From: Narcine bancroftii
Taxonomy: Eukaryota
NCBI RefSeq assembly: GCF_036971445.1
Contig: NC_091471.1
Span: 199,392,001 to 199,456,000, forward strand
Reading direction: 5' to 3'
DNA length: 64,000 nucleotides
A model generated the notes under the pieces. The model did no database searches. It was not told where the DNA came from and saw only the letters and a list, made by a program, of their open reading frames with translations. Shown piece by piece: positions 1-12,585 of this stretch; within the stretch, counting starts at the first letter, position 1, and every line of letters starts with the position of its first letter. The position numbers and the translations under genes are program-made.

Positions 1-510
1 GCACAGTTCTGATTACCCAACTATGGGAAGGATATCAATAAGTTAGAAGGGGTGAAGAGAGGATTCAGCTGAATGCTGCTGGAACTGGAGGGCTTGAGTT
101 ATGGAGAGAGGATAGATAGACTGGATCTTTATTTCCCAGTGTATAGGAGGTTGAGGGATGATCTTTCAGTGATTTATAAAATCATAAGAGGTACGGATAA
201 AGTCAATCTTTTAACCAGGGTAGGCAATTCTTGAACTAGAGGGCATAGTTTTAAGGTGATAAGATGAGGAATTTAGGAGGGACAGGAGGAGCAGATTTTT
301 CACTCAGAAAGTAGCCCAATCTGGAACAAGCTCTCAGACAAAACAAGAAATGCAGGTGTGATTTTAAATATTCAAAAGACATTTGGACATGTATATGGAT
401 AGGAAGGGTTTAGAAAGATATTGACCGAATGCAGACAAATGGGACAATGCCTGAATACTAACTTGGTTGCCGTGACGAATTGGGCCAAAGGCCTGTTCCA
501 TGTTGTAACT
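1..510 (+). mobile_element. CR1/HER1 LINE 3' fragment, decayed
   Basis: Matches the 3' end of the intact CR1 at 39480-40016 (QFWSP-YRKD region, ttcactcaga, ggcctgtt tail). Confidence 0.85.
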
Positions 511-833
511 CATGAATTATTCAGGAAAGGATTTGCATTTCCAACAGAGATCTTCAGAACAACCTCCTGTCAGGAGTGCTCGGCCTTAACCATGGAGCAT
601 CTCTCTGCTGAACAACCACATGATAAAATTCTCATCTTGCAGACTCAATCAATTAGCCTCTTCAAGCCTTACTCAAAGAATTACATCCCTTTGTAATGAC
701 AGATCTTGAGCTTAGAGCTGTATGGCAAAGCAAATGTTCAGCAATGCTATCGAGTCATTTAAAGATTGTGACCATTGGAATGCTTTGGCAAACAATGCTT
801 GTATGCCACCCATTCATGTTAGTTTGATAAATA

Positions 834-1649
834 TATATTCAACTCTGATTATCCAAAATGGTCAAGAACATGCCTACGTCAGATAAATGTCTTTTTTGGA
901 GAACTGGTCAATCACTTGAATCAATATTTAAATAACAACAAAAGGGCATTAAAATAATGTTTAATTCTCACCAAAAAAATGCTGGCCACTGCCAATCCCC
1001 AACACAACCCAACCGCCGATCACCGAGACCGACCAACTGCTGCCACCGATCCTCGGGGAAGCTTCCCGAGTCACTGGCGAGTCAGCAGGCTCCTGTCTCC
1101 CTGGTCACCAGAGCTCCTGATGCCCAAGTCCCAACTCCAAATCCTTCCCTCAGCCTAATGCACACACACACACTCCAGGAAGTCCGGTGTGCATGTGCAG
1201 TAGTAGGCTGAGGGGAGGGTTTGGCATCAGGAGCTCAATTGTGCTGAAGGAGGGAGAGAAGGAAAGTAAGGGGAGAGTGAGGGAAAGAAGGGGTGAGGAA
1301 GGGGAGAGGAGGGAGGGAGGGAAGGGGAGGAAATGCCACTGAACCTGAGGACCCACTCGTGTCCGGGAGGCCACTCTCTTCAATGACGCCAGGACAAGGG
1401 ATTCTACTGACCGCTTGCAGCTGGGAGATAGCAGTGCACAGTTTGAGAGGGAGAATTGGAGAGATAAGTTAATAGGGGAAGGTTAAAAAAAAAGAAATGG
1501 AAAGAGAGAGGGAAGGTGTTAAATGAAACGAGGACAATCATCGTTTTGATTTCAAGTCAAATCAAGTGAAATCATTTTGGCTCCAAAATAATTTTGGATA
1601 AATGAAGATTATGAAGAATCTGATTTTGGATAATTGGAGTTATACTGTA
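834..1649. mobile_element. Non-autonomous Tc1/mariner (Tigger-like) MITE
   Basis: Left end aactctgattatccaaaat is an imperfect inverted copy of right end attttggataattggagttatactg, which is followed by TA. The interior is GC- and purine-rich. Confidence 0.65.
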
Positions 1650-1902
1650 TATGTCTATTCAGACAGCCTCCTCTCTTCAAATGGAAATAGCCTGGCTTAT
1701 TCAGTTTATCAAAAGCATATGCTTGCTGTTCTGTAAGCATCCTTCTAAATAATTTTTTTTATACCCTCTCTGTATAGTTTTGCAAACTGGAGACTACAAC
1801 ACGTGTAGTCGAAACAAGGTTCAAAACAAGGTTAACATACATTTCTACTTCTCAATTATACTCACCAGAAATAAAGCATGTGATTTGTTCATTTGTACCT
1901 TT

Positions 1903-3040
1903 CTTTCTTTGGCTTGGCTTCGCGGACGAAGATTTATGGAGGGGGTAAAAAGTCCACGTCAGCTGCAGGCTCGTTTGTGGCTGACCAGTCCGATGCGGGA
2001 CAGGCAGACACGATTGCAGCGGTTGCAAGGGAAAATTGGTTGGTTGGGGTTGGGTGTTGGGTTTTTCCTCCTTTGCCTTTTGTCAGTGAGGTGGGCTCTG
2101 CGGTCTTCTTCAAAGGAGGCTGCTGCCCGCCAAACTGTGAGGCGCCAAGATGCACGGTTTGAGGCGTTATCAGCCCACTGGCGGTGGTCAATGTGGCAGG
2201 CACCAAGAGATTTCTTTAGGCAGTCCTTGTACCTTTTCTTTGGTGCACCTCTGTCACGGTGGCCAGTGGAGAGCTCGCCATATAATACGATCTTGGGAAG
2301 GCGATGGTCCTCCATTCTGGAGACGTGACCCATCCAGCGCAGCTGGATCTTCAGCAGCGTGGACTCGATGCTGTCGACCTCTGCCATCTCGAGTACCTCG
2401 ACGTTAGGGGTGTGAGCGCTCCAATGGATGTTGAGGATGGAGCGGAGACAACGCTGGTGGAAGCGTTCTAGGAGCCGTAGGTGGTGCCGGTAGAGGACCC
2501 ATGATTCGGAGCCGAACAGGAGTGTGGGTATGACAACGGCTCTGTATACGCTTATCTTTGTGAGGTTTTTCAGTTGGTTGTTTTTCCAGACTCTTTTGTG
2601 TAGTCTTCCAAAGGCGCTATTTGCCTTGGCGAGTCTGTTGTCTAGCTCATTGTCGATCCTTGCATCAATCTTCTTCAGCATGATGCTGAACCAAGCCATG
2701 AAAGACCCCAACAATGAAGACGCTGTTTACATCCGGTACCGCACGGATGGCAGTCTCTTCAATCTGAGGCGCCTGCAAGCTCACACCAAGACACAAGAGA
2801 AACTTGTCCGTGAACTACTCTTTGCAGATGATGCCGCTTTAGTTGCCCATTCAGAGCCAGCTCTTCAGCGCTTGACGTCCTGCTTTGCGGAAACTGCCAA
2901 AATGTTTGGCCTGGAAGTCAGCCTGAAGAAAACTGAGGTCCTCCATCAGCCAGCTCCCCACCATGACTACCAGCCCCCCCACATCTCCATCGGGCACACA
3001 AAACTCAAAAAAAAAACCAGTTTACCTATCTCGGCTGCAC
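1903..3040 (-). mobile_element. RTE (BovB-like) LINE, 5'-truncated with 5' inversion
   Basis: Minus ORF DARIDNELDNRLAKANSAFGRL...LRWMGHVSRM; plus-strand segment of about 2667-3040 encodes LLFADDAAL and YLGCTI. 13-bp TSD catttgtaccttt at 1890-1902 and 3041-3053. Confidence 0.95.
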
Positions 3041-3489
3041 CATTTGTACCTTTATGCTTCCACTTAATTCAGATTTCTTGATGTGAAACATGCCTTTATT
3101 TTTCCTCACACAAAATGTTAATTCTCTCTTATTTCTGTGAAATTCATTTGCCAATTATATGCCCATTTTTGATATCAGTTTACTAATCTCTGTTTTCACC
3201 TATCTCCCAATTCATGTTGTCAGTGAATATACAATTTGTTCTTCTCATTTACAAGTTTAAATCATTACATAGATACACTAATCCCTGCTTCTATCCTCAT
3301 GGAACTTTACATTCCAGCTTTTGCCACATTGATGAAGTGCCCTTTAATATTAACCTCATCGTTCTTGAAACTTAAACTTATCCATGTTGGAATAGTTCCT
3401 GACTTTGCAACATTTTGCCTTATTCACTAATCCATTAGGTGGCACATAACTGAAAGCTTTTTGGAAGGCAAAGTAAGCTCATCTATGTG

Positions 3490-4092
3490 GTGAAACACGG
3501 AAGTCTGCAGATTGTAGTAAAAACACAAAAATATCGGAGGAACTCAACTGGTCCTTTCAGTGTCCAAAAAAAAATACGTTGCCGACGTTTCGGACCTGTG
3601 CCCTTCTTCAAGGAATAAGAAGAATGAGCCAGAAGCAGGATATCTCAGAGAGTTTCAGAATTCAGACACTGCCGGCTGGGGGAGAAATCCACACCGACAA
3701 AAGCTGTTAATTGGATATGATAAGGGATGAGGTAAGAATTTATCATGTTTGTGCAAAAGGAGACAGGGAAGGGAGTGATGGAGCTGGGGGAAGGCAACGG
3801 CGGAAGGTGGAAGGGTTTCCACCAGAGAAGTCGATATTAATGCCATCTGGTTGGAGGGTGCCCAGATGGAAGATGTGGTTCTGTTCCTCCAATTTGGGGA
3901 TGGGCTCAGTCTGGCAGTGCATGACACCATGGATAGACATGTCAGCAAGATAATGGAATAGGGAATTGAAATGAGTGGCCACTGAGAGATTCATGCTATT
4001 GCAACAGACAAAGCCACAGTGCTCAATGAAGTGATCTCCCAGTTTGTGTCCAGTCTCTCCGATGAAGAGGAGATCACAACGGGAGCACCAGA
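3490..4092 (-). mobile_element. Penelope-like element 3' fragment (GIY-YIG end plus terminal repeat)
   Basis: ORF 3743-3994 VATHFNS...LEEQNHIFHLGTLQPDGIN; terminal motif ttgaagaagggcacaggtccgaaacgtc. Confidence 0.85.
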
Positions 4093-4224
4093 TATTTATT
4101 TATTTTGAACTCTAAAAATACCAGCTGATTTCTTCTAGCTTTTCTGTGTTTTAACGAAGCTCATCTACTTCATTACTATTAACTTCTATGTTACTTTCAT
4201 GAAGATTTCAGTGAGGATCCTCTC

Positions 4225-4406
4225 TTGACTCAATCTGGAAATTAACTTTTAGGGTGCCCTGGACAAGGTCTCCCAAGTCCCTATGCACCTCCAAATTTTG
4301 AATTTTCCCTCTCTCTAAATAATTATTTACCCACCTATTTCTTCTACCAAAATATATGACCAAACACTTTCCAACATTTTATTTATTCTACCATTTCTTT
4401 ACCCAT
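4225..4406 (-). mobile_element. CR1 internal fragment (inverted copy of 6700-6881)
   Basis: Reverse complement is about 90% identical to 6700-6881 by eye. Confidence 0.85.
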
Positions 4407-4430
4407 GCATCCACCTTTTTTATCCATATT

Positions 4431-4526
4431 CCTGATGATGCGTTCAAGCCCGAAATGTTGACTGACCATTACTTCACCTGGACGCTGTGTGAACTGTTGA
4501 GTTTCTCCAGCACTTTTGTGCATTGC
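4431..4526 (+). mobile_element. Penelope terminal-repeat fragment with hammerhead-like core
   Basis: cCTGATGAtgcgttcaagcccGAAAtgtt...tgagtttctccagca, same layout as the Penelope ends at 7410-7512 and 12441-12545. Confidence 0.7.
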
Positions 4527-4839
4527 AGGCTGACATAAGACAGGAAATAATAATATGACTAAGTTCACTTTGAAATTTGAAAAGGAAAAGCTGAAGTACG
4601 ATGTGTCGGTATTTCAGTAGAGTAAAGGAAATTACAGTCAAGAGAGAGGATCTGAGCACACCAATGCGGAAAACAGCACATTACCAATGGCTGCAGTTTC
4701 TGCGAGAAATTAGAAAAGTGCAGGACAGGCACACAACAAAAAGAAAAAAATTGTGAATTGAAAAATGAGACAATTGTGGCTGATGAGGGAAGGTAAAGCC
4801 ATAGGAAAAGCAAAGGAGAGGGAAAACTAGGAAGTTTAT

Positions 4840-6118
4840 ATAACCATATAACAATTACAGCAAAGAAACAGCCCAACTTGGTCATTCTAGTCCATGCCGA
4901 ACACTTTCTCCCACCTAACCCCACTGACCTACACACAACCCGTAACTCTCCATTCTTTTCCCGTCCATATACATATCCAACTTCTCCTTAAATGCTAATA
5001 TCGATCCTGCCTCCACCACTTCATCCAAAATCTCATTCCACACAGCCACCAATCTCTGAGTAAAGAAGTTCGCCCTCATGTTTCCTCTACACTTTTGCCC
5101 CCTAACTCTCAGCTCATGTCCTCTTGTTTGTATCTCTCACTTTCTTAAAAGCCTCTCCACGTCAATGCTATTTATACCCCTGTTACAAGATCAAACCAGC
5201 AACCTCAAAGGCGGCATATCACACAGGGGCAAAGATGAACAATTACTTTATTAACAAAAATTCACCTTCAAACGTTAATTAAAAATCCCCCCTTTTATAA
5301 CAATGCCCACTGGTTACTATGCAAATTCCTATTACAGTGTAAAACTAATAAATTCCCCAGCCTAAATATAACATATATAATTAAAGTCTAAGTTATACTT
5401 CCAATCAGCCCACAGAAAAACTTAGATACAAAAACACACAAGATTCACAAAACTTCGATCTCAACCGAAGCAGAGATCATAAACAAGATTCAGTTTGTTT
5501 GGTAAACTGAAGCCAAAAGATCTTTGAGAGAGAGAGAGCACAAAATTCGAAGTTGTCCTCTTGTGTTGCTTGCAGAGAGAGGAACAATGGCTTGGTCCAG
5601 ATCCTTCTGGCTGCCTTCAGAATGTTCATCTCTTTTAAAATGCCCAACATTCTAAACTGACCCCCAGACCATGAGTCATGCTTTGGGCCTTCTCCCACTC
5701 CACAGCACCAAGTCCAAGTCCAGAAATTTTTAGATCATTTTCTGCACATGCTCAGTTCGTCTCACACTCTCTCAGCAGTCCACCTTCACCTTGGCTCTCT
5801 AAGGCAAACTGTCACTTTTTAACATAAAACCACACAATACATAGGCCAATACACAACACAGAACTCTGTAACAACTCGAAATAATTTTAAATACCTCAAC
5901 CAACTCCCTTCTCAACCTTCTATGCTCTAAAGAATACAGACGTAACTTATTTAACCTTTCCCTGCAACTTAGGCCCTGTAACCTGCAACATTCTAGTAAA
6001 TCTCTGGACTCGCTCCAATTTGTTGATATCTTTCCTACAGTTTGGTGACCAAAACTGTACTCAATATTCCAAATTTGGCCTTACCAATGCCTTGTACAAT
6101 TTTTACATAACATCCCCA
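4840..6118 (-). mobile_element. CR1 3' fragment split by solo LTR 5181-5873
   Basis: Tail taaccatataacaattacagc; ORF2 end tttggtgaccaaaactgtactcaatattccaaatttggcc; CR1 sequence continues across the LTR. Confidence 0.85.
5181..5873 (-). mobile_element. Solo LTR
   Basis: TGTTACA...TGTAACA inverted termini; AATAAA on the minus strand near 5250; interrupts a CR1. TSD is degraded. Confidence 0.8.
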
Positions 6119-6682
6119 ACAAACTTAGAGAAGACAACTAAGAAGGTGATTAGGATCGAAAAGATGAATTATGAAAGGAGGTTAGAGAAGCAAGGCCACT
6201 CCTTGCTCATACCTTGATGAAGGGCTCAAGCCGGCAACTTTGGTTATGTATCTTTATAATTGTTATATAGAGTACATTGTTAGACCGGCTGAGTTTCTCC
6301 AGCTTTTTTACATCACTGACTGCAAACGATGGTGTTTTACATCAGCCCTAATCACCGTATTCCATCCACCATTCTGACCGCTCTGGGGGATGGGGGTTGC
6401 AACTCGACCAGTGAGGAGAGACAACAGAATGCAGATGCTGGGATCTGCAGCAGACAGCAAGCTGCTGTGAGTTAGGTGGAGAGGACTTCATCAGGCATCT
6501 GTGGAGGGATATCTTTGGATCAAGACCAGTCCCTGATAGCAGGCTTAGTTCCCACTCACATTTCTCTCCTCTCTCCCACAGCCAGAAGCAGAATGGATGC
6601 ATAAGTCACCAGTCTCACCACGGAGTTGGGCTGAGTTTCCCTCTCACATCCGTATTATCATTTGCCCAACAACCCTCCGGCC

Positions 6683-6905
6683 TTGGAAAGATTAGGAGAA
6701 TGGATAAAGAAATGGTAGATGAAATAAAATGTTGGAAAGTGTATGGTCATATACTTTGGTAGAAGAAATAGGTGGGTAGATAATTATTTAGAAAGAGAGA
6801 AAATTCAAAATTTGGAGGTGCAAAGGGACTTTGAAGTCCTTGTGCAGGGCACCCTAAAGGTTAATCTCCAGGTTGAGTCAATGGTGAAGAAGGCAAATGT
6901 AATGT
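6683..6905 (+). mobile_element. CR1 fragment, 5' half of copy continued at 13407
   Basis: Ends in VKKANVM-like gtgaagaaggcaaatgtaatgt; the next CR1 sequence resumes at 13407. Confidence 0.85.
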
Positions 6906-6927
6906 TGTAATGTGAATTATGAAGGTC

Positions 6928-7050
6928 ATGTGGCCTCTCCATCTGGAACCGGGTGGGAGTGTGGATTGTGAGGATAATGTGGCCTCTCTGTCTGGAACCT
7001 TGTTGGAATGTGGATTGTGGAGAATTAAGTGACCTCTCTAGCTGGAGCAT
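6928..7050 (+). repeat. About 49-bp tandem repeat (about 2.5 copies) in the LTR U3
   Basis: atgtggcctctc...ctggaacc...tgtggattgtg is repeated. Confidence 0.8.
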
Positions 7051-7406
7051 AGCTGCCAATCAAGGGTTAGATCTGCCTACAGGTGAGGATAATGCACGAT
7101 TGGTCCTCACAGGTCACATGGATGGGTCTTGCATTGAAAAAGCTGAGTATGAGCAGTCTCTGCTTTTTCACTGTTTGTTGCTGCTGCATGGAGACCATCA
7201 CTGAACTCCAGGCTGCAGGAAAGGGGCAGCTCCAGAGGGCCCAATGTATGGGCCCATCCTGGATGCTGAGTCATGGGAAATGCTGGAGACTAAGTTCATT
7301 TGAAAAACTTGTTAGTTGTAATTAATTTACTGTTTGTTAGTGTGCTGTTCCTGCTGGAGAAAGATAGAGTTGATGGTACTGTGTGCACAAATATAGTTTA
7401 TATCTT

Positions 7407-10400
7407 GGAAAAAAAACCCACAAATGCTGGAGAAACTCAGCAGGTTAAACAGTGCCTTTACTCCCATAAAGGTACATCACCAACGTTTCAGGCTTGACCC
7501 CTTCATCAAGGTGTGGGGGAACATGAGAGATGTCTGAACTAAAGGGGGCAGGGGGTGCTGAGGGTGGGAGATGATAGTTGGGGGGGGGGGGAAATCTTGG
7601 TGGAGAGCAAAAGGAACGGGAATAACTAGTTAAGGTGGGGGGGGAGGGGGAAGAAAGGCAAGCTGATTTGTGGAATGCAGTGAAGTCAATGTTCGTGCCC
7701 TGGGGTTGGAATTAATCGTGCCCAGATGAAAGATGAGGTGTTCTTCCTCCAATCTGCAGGTGGTCAGGGTGGGGTAGTGTGAAAGGCCATGGCCAGACAT
7801 ATGAGCTTGAGAGTGTGACTCAGAACTGAAATAGTTGGCCAAGGGGAGGTCGCTTTTGTTGCGGATGGAAAGGAGGTGCTGGGTGAAGCGATCTCCTAAT
7901 CTGTGACCAGTCTCTCCTATGTAGTGTTTGGCACAGAGAAGGCCACAGAAGTTGCACCAGATGCAGTAAATGAGTTCTTTGGACATACAGGTGAAGTGTT
8001 GCTTCACCTGAAAGGTCTGTTTGGGACCTTGGACCGTGGTGAGGGAGGAGGTGTGGGTGCAGGTATTATGCCTCCTGTGACCACAGTGGAAAGTGCTTGG
8101 GGGGGGCGATGGGTGGGGAGGGAATGCACAAGGAAATCACAGAGGAAGCAGCCCCTATGGCAGGCTGAGAGGAGAAAAGGAAAAATATGTCTATTGGTGG
8201 GGTCCTGTAGTAAGTGTTGGAAATTTCAGCTGATATTGTGTTGGATGCGGAGGCTGGTGGGGTGATAAGTGAGAATGAGGGGGATTCTGTGTTTATTGTT
8301 TCTAGAGGTGGGGGTGCTAAGGCAGATGAGCGAGGAATGGAGGAGAAGCAGGTGAGGGCTGGGTTAATAGTGGTTGAGGGGAAGCCACATTTGGAAGAAG
8401 GCAGACATTTCAGAGGCTCTGAACAGGAAGACAATCTTGGGAGCAGATGCGGTGGAGATGGAGAAATTGAGAGAAGGGGATGGAGTCCTTGCAGGGGACA
8501 GGGTGTGAGGACAAATGGTCCAGGCAGTTATGGGAATTAGAGAGTTTGTAATAAATGTCAGTGGAGAGTCAGTCTCCTGAGATAGAGACAGACAGATCCA
8601 GAAAGGGGAGAGAGTTATCAGAGATGGACCAGGTGAGTTTGAGGTTCGGGTGGAAATTGGCCAAAAAATTGATGAGCTCATCGTGGGTGCTTAAGGCCGC
8701 TTAGATGCAGTCATCGATGTACTGGAGGAAGAGTTGCAGGGTCTTGCCTGTGTAGGCTTGGAACTTGTTTTGCTTCACAAAACCCACATATGGGCAGGCA
8801 TAGCTGGGACCCATGCAGGAACCCATGGCTACTCCTTTAATCTGGGGTAATGGGATGAGTTAAAGGAGAAATTGTTAAGGGTGAGGACAAATTCTGCCTG
8901 GCGGAGAAGGGTGGTGGTGGAAGGTGACTGCTCATGTTCGAGGTCCAGGAAAAAGCGAAGCTCAGTGGGGAATGGAGGTGTAAAGGGATTAGACATCCAT
9001 CGTGAAGCTGAGGCTGTCCAGTTCAGGGAATCTGAAGTCTTGGAGGAGGGGGAGGGTGTGTGAGGTGTCGTGGATGTAGGTGGGGAGGGATTGAACTTGG
9101 GGAGAAAAGATGGAATCAAGGTAGGATGCAACTAGTTCCATGGGGCAAGAGCAAGCAGAGACAATGGGTCTGCCCGGATGGTTAGGTTTATGTATCCTGG
9201 GTAGAAAGTGAAAATGGGCAGTGTGAGGATGTGAGACAATGAGGTTGGTGGGTCTGGGGGCAGGTGCCCAGAGTCAATGAGGTGAGATGGTGTTGGAGAT
9301 GGTGGCTTGATGGATGATAGTGGGGTCCTGTGGGAGGGGTTGATAGGTGGAGGTGTTTGAGAGCCATTGACTGGCCTCAGCAAGGTAGTGGTAACAGCAT
9401 CACGCTTGACTGCGGGTTTGATGGTGAGGTTAGGGTTGTTGCAGAGAGAGTGGAGGGTGGAGCGCTTTGAGGAACTGAGATTGGAGTAGGAGAGGGGGTA
9501 GTGAAGTTAACATGGTTGATGCCCCAGCGGAAGTTGGAGATAAAAAAAGGTCCAGAGTGGGCAGCTGGCCAGAGGAGGAGGAGGAGGTCTTGAAATGGGA
9601 GAATGGGTTTTGGGGGAAGGGTGTTGGAGAGTTGCGGCCAAAGTAGTGGGCCTGGAGATGGAGGTGATGGAAGAAGAGTTCAGCATCACAGCATGCACAG
9701 AACTCGTTGAGGTGTGGATGGAGGCGATTGGTGAGACCTCTACTGAGGATAGAGCACTCTGTCTCCAAGAGGAGAAGGTCAGAGGGAATATTAAAAACCA
9801 GGAAGGGTCAGAGAGGGAGTCGGTGTGGTGGAGTGTGTTGGGGGAGGAGGAAACAGGAACTTTTGGAGAGGTCAGAAGATGGAGGTGTGGGAAGTTGGAG
9901 AGGAGAGTAGTGTTGGGAGGATAGGCAGGAGGGGAAAGGTTAGGAGGTAGGAGGGGTTAGGGAAGTGCTTGGGAGAAGGATGGGGGAGAGAAGGGTAGGG
10001 GGGCAGCCTGAGGGAGGGGGGAAAAAGAGGATAGGTGGTTAGAAGTGGAAAGGGGGAGATGGGGGTGGAGTAGTGGGAGATAGGGGAAGGAGGAGTGGGG
10101 GGGGTTTAGTTAAGTGAGATCCAATAGAGAGAGATCAGAGCTCCAGATGCAGTCTTTGTCGGGACCCACGTGGGACGAGTCAGTGAGGAAAGCTCCAGCA
10201 GGTCCAGTACTGGAGTCAGCAGTGGTGGTGTCAGGAGCTGCAGTGATTGGGGTGGGGGGTGGGTCAGAGCCTGGGTTGGGGTGGGCAGCGGTGGCATTGG
10301 GAGCTCCGTCGGATTGGCGACTGGAGGCCCGATGCCAGTGGAAATGGTGACTGCAGCTCCAGTGAGTCGGGTGGTGGTGTGAGTGGCCATGGTGGTGGGA

Positions 10401-11035
10401 ACTCTGTAGTGTAGGTGGATGAGGTCCAAGTCCGGGTCGGCGGCTGTGATGGTGGGAGCTCTGGAGGGAAGGTGACTGGAGCCAAGATGGGGATCCACGT
10501 AGATAATCGCAGAGGCTGCAGTCTCCAGGGAGATGAGCTTATGATCCTTGATGGACACCAGGTGAGTGTGGAACCAGTGGTTGAATGCATGGATCTGGCA
10601 GCAGATGTAGTACAGGAGGGGTCTGTTGCAAGCCATGGCCAGTGAGGTCTGGAGCTGTGGCAGCAAGAGGGCGAGTTGCCGCTGGTATCTACGCATTGAG
10701 GTGAAGGTGATGCATAGGAGTCATTGGGAGAAGCGAAGCAAGCAACACTCATTGTGGTGCAAGTACCTGAGGTCCTGGCATGGGCCGAAGTGAGAGGCTT
10801 GGAATCATACCTGGAACCCACGAGGCATGAGTTGGTGGCGGAGGCAAGTAGAAAGGAAGGCAACGTGGCTGTGGAATCAAAACTGGTTGAGTATGTGGCC
10901 GTAGAGCTTGAGACCAGTAGGGAAGACAGATGGGGAGCAGTGAGAGAGAATCCCACAAAACTCCCTGAGGAGAGCAAAGGCAAACTTCTTCAGGGTAGGC
11001 ATCCCTCAAAGACCTTTCACAGAGTTGTTGTACAA
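7407..11035 (-). mobile_element. Near full-length Penelope-like element (RT plus GIY-YIG), frameshifted
   Basis: GVAMGSCMGPSYA and YIDD RT motifs at about 8710-8835; GIY-YIG LIYCIWC..CGL..YIGETGHRLGDRF in ORF 7630-8007; terminal repeat at 7410-7512. Confidence 0.93.
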
Positions 11036-11049
11036 CTCTATTCCCTACT

Positions 11050-12585
11050 TCACTTTTCCCTGGACCTCAGACCTGAGCAGTCACCTTCTACCACCTGGCA
11101 GAACTTGTCCTCACCCTTAACAATTTCTCCTTTAACTCATCCCACTACCTCCAGATTAAAGGAGTAGCCATGGGTACCTGCATGGGTCCCAGCTATGCCT
11201 GCCTGTTTGTGGGCTTTGTGGAGCAAAACATTCTCCAAGCCAACACAGGCAAGACCCCCTAACTCTTCCTCTGGTACATCAATGACTATATCAGGGTGGT
11301 CTCATGCACCCTCGATGAGCTCACCAATTTCATCAATTTTGCAGCCAATTTCCACCCTGACCTCAAACTCATCTGGTCCATCTCCGATAACTCTCTCCAT
11401 TTTCTGGATCTGTCTGTCTCCATCTCAGGAGACTGACTCTTCACTGACATTTATTACAAACTCTCCAACTCGCACAACTACCTGGGCTACTTATCATCTC
11501 ACTCTGTCCCCTGAAATGACTCCATCCCTTTCTCTCAATTTCTCGCCTTCGCCGCATCTACTCCCAAGATGAGGTCTTCCAGTCCAGAGCCTCTGAAATA
11601 TCTGCCTTCTTCCACAAACGTGACTTTCCATCCACCACTATTAACTCAGCCATCACCTGCATCTCCTTCATTCCCTGCTCATCTGCCCTAGCTCCCCCAC
11701 CCCTAGAAACAATAAACACACAAACCCCCTCATCCTCACCTGCCACGCAACCAGCCTCTGCATCCAACACAGTATCCGCCGGAATTTCTGGACCTCACCA
11801 CTGGACACATTTTTCCTTCTCCACCCCTCAGCCTTCCGTAGGGACTGCTCCCTCCGTGATTCCCTTGTGCACTCTTCCCTCCCCACCCATCGCCCCCAGG
11901 ACCTTCCACTGTGGTTGTAGGAGGTTTAATACCTGCACCCACACCTCCTCCCTCACCACAGTCTGAGGTCCCAAACAGACCTTTCAGGTGAAGCAACACT
12001 TCACCTGTACCTCCAAAGATCTCATTTACAGCATCTGGTGCACCCTTTGTGGCCTTCTCTACATCGGAAAGACCGGTGGAAGATTAGGAGATTGCTTCAC
12101 CCAGCACCTCCTTTCCATCCGAACAAAAGCGACCTCTCCATAGCCAACCATTTCAATTCTGAGCCACACTCAAGCTCACATGTCTGTCCATGGCCTTTCC
12201 CACTACCCCACCCTGATCATCCGCAGATTGGAGGAACAACACCTCATTTTTCGTCTGGGCACTCTGAACATCGAGTTCAATGCATTCCACTCATCAACTT
12301 CCCCTCCCCCTGCCCCTTTAACTAGTTATTCCAGTTCCTTTCTCTCTCCACCTTCCCACTGCAGTGTTGCCCCCCCACCCCCCATCCACCTATCATCTCC
12401 CACCCTCACCAACCCCCTCCCTTTTGTTTGGACATCTCTCGCCTCGATGAAGGGCTCAAACCCGAAATGTTGGTGATTTAGCTTCACCTTTGCTACATAA
12501 AGGCACTGCTTGACCTGCTGAGTTTCTCCAGCATTTGTGTTTTTTTCACGTAACCACAGTGTCAACAGAATCCTATGTTTTACCA
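11050..12585 (+). mobile_element. 5'-truncated inverted Penelope arm
   Basis: Inverted homolog of 7410-8960 ([32 protein letters not shown]). A 14-bp TSD atagtttatatctt at 7393-7406 and 12586-12599 flanks both arms. Confidence 0.93.

Noticed and set aside
9920-10105. G-rich polypurine tract as a separate regulatory element
   Set aside because: It lies within the Penelope low-complexity linker.
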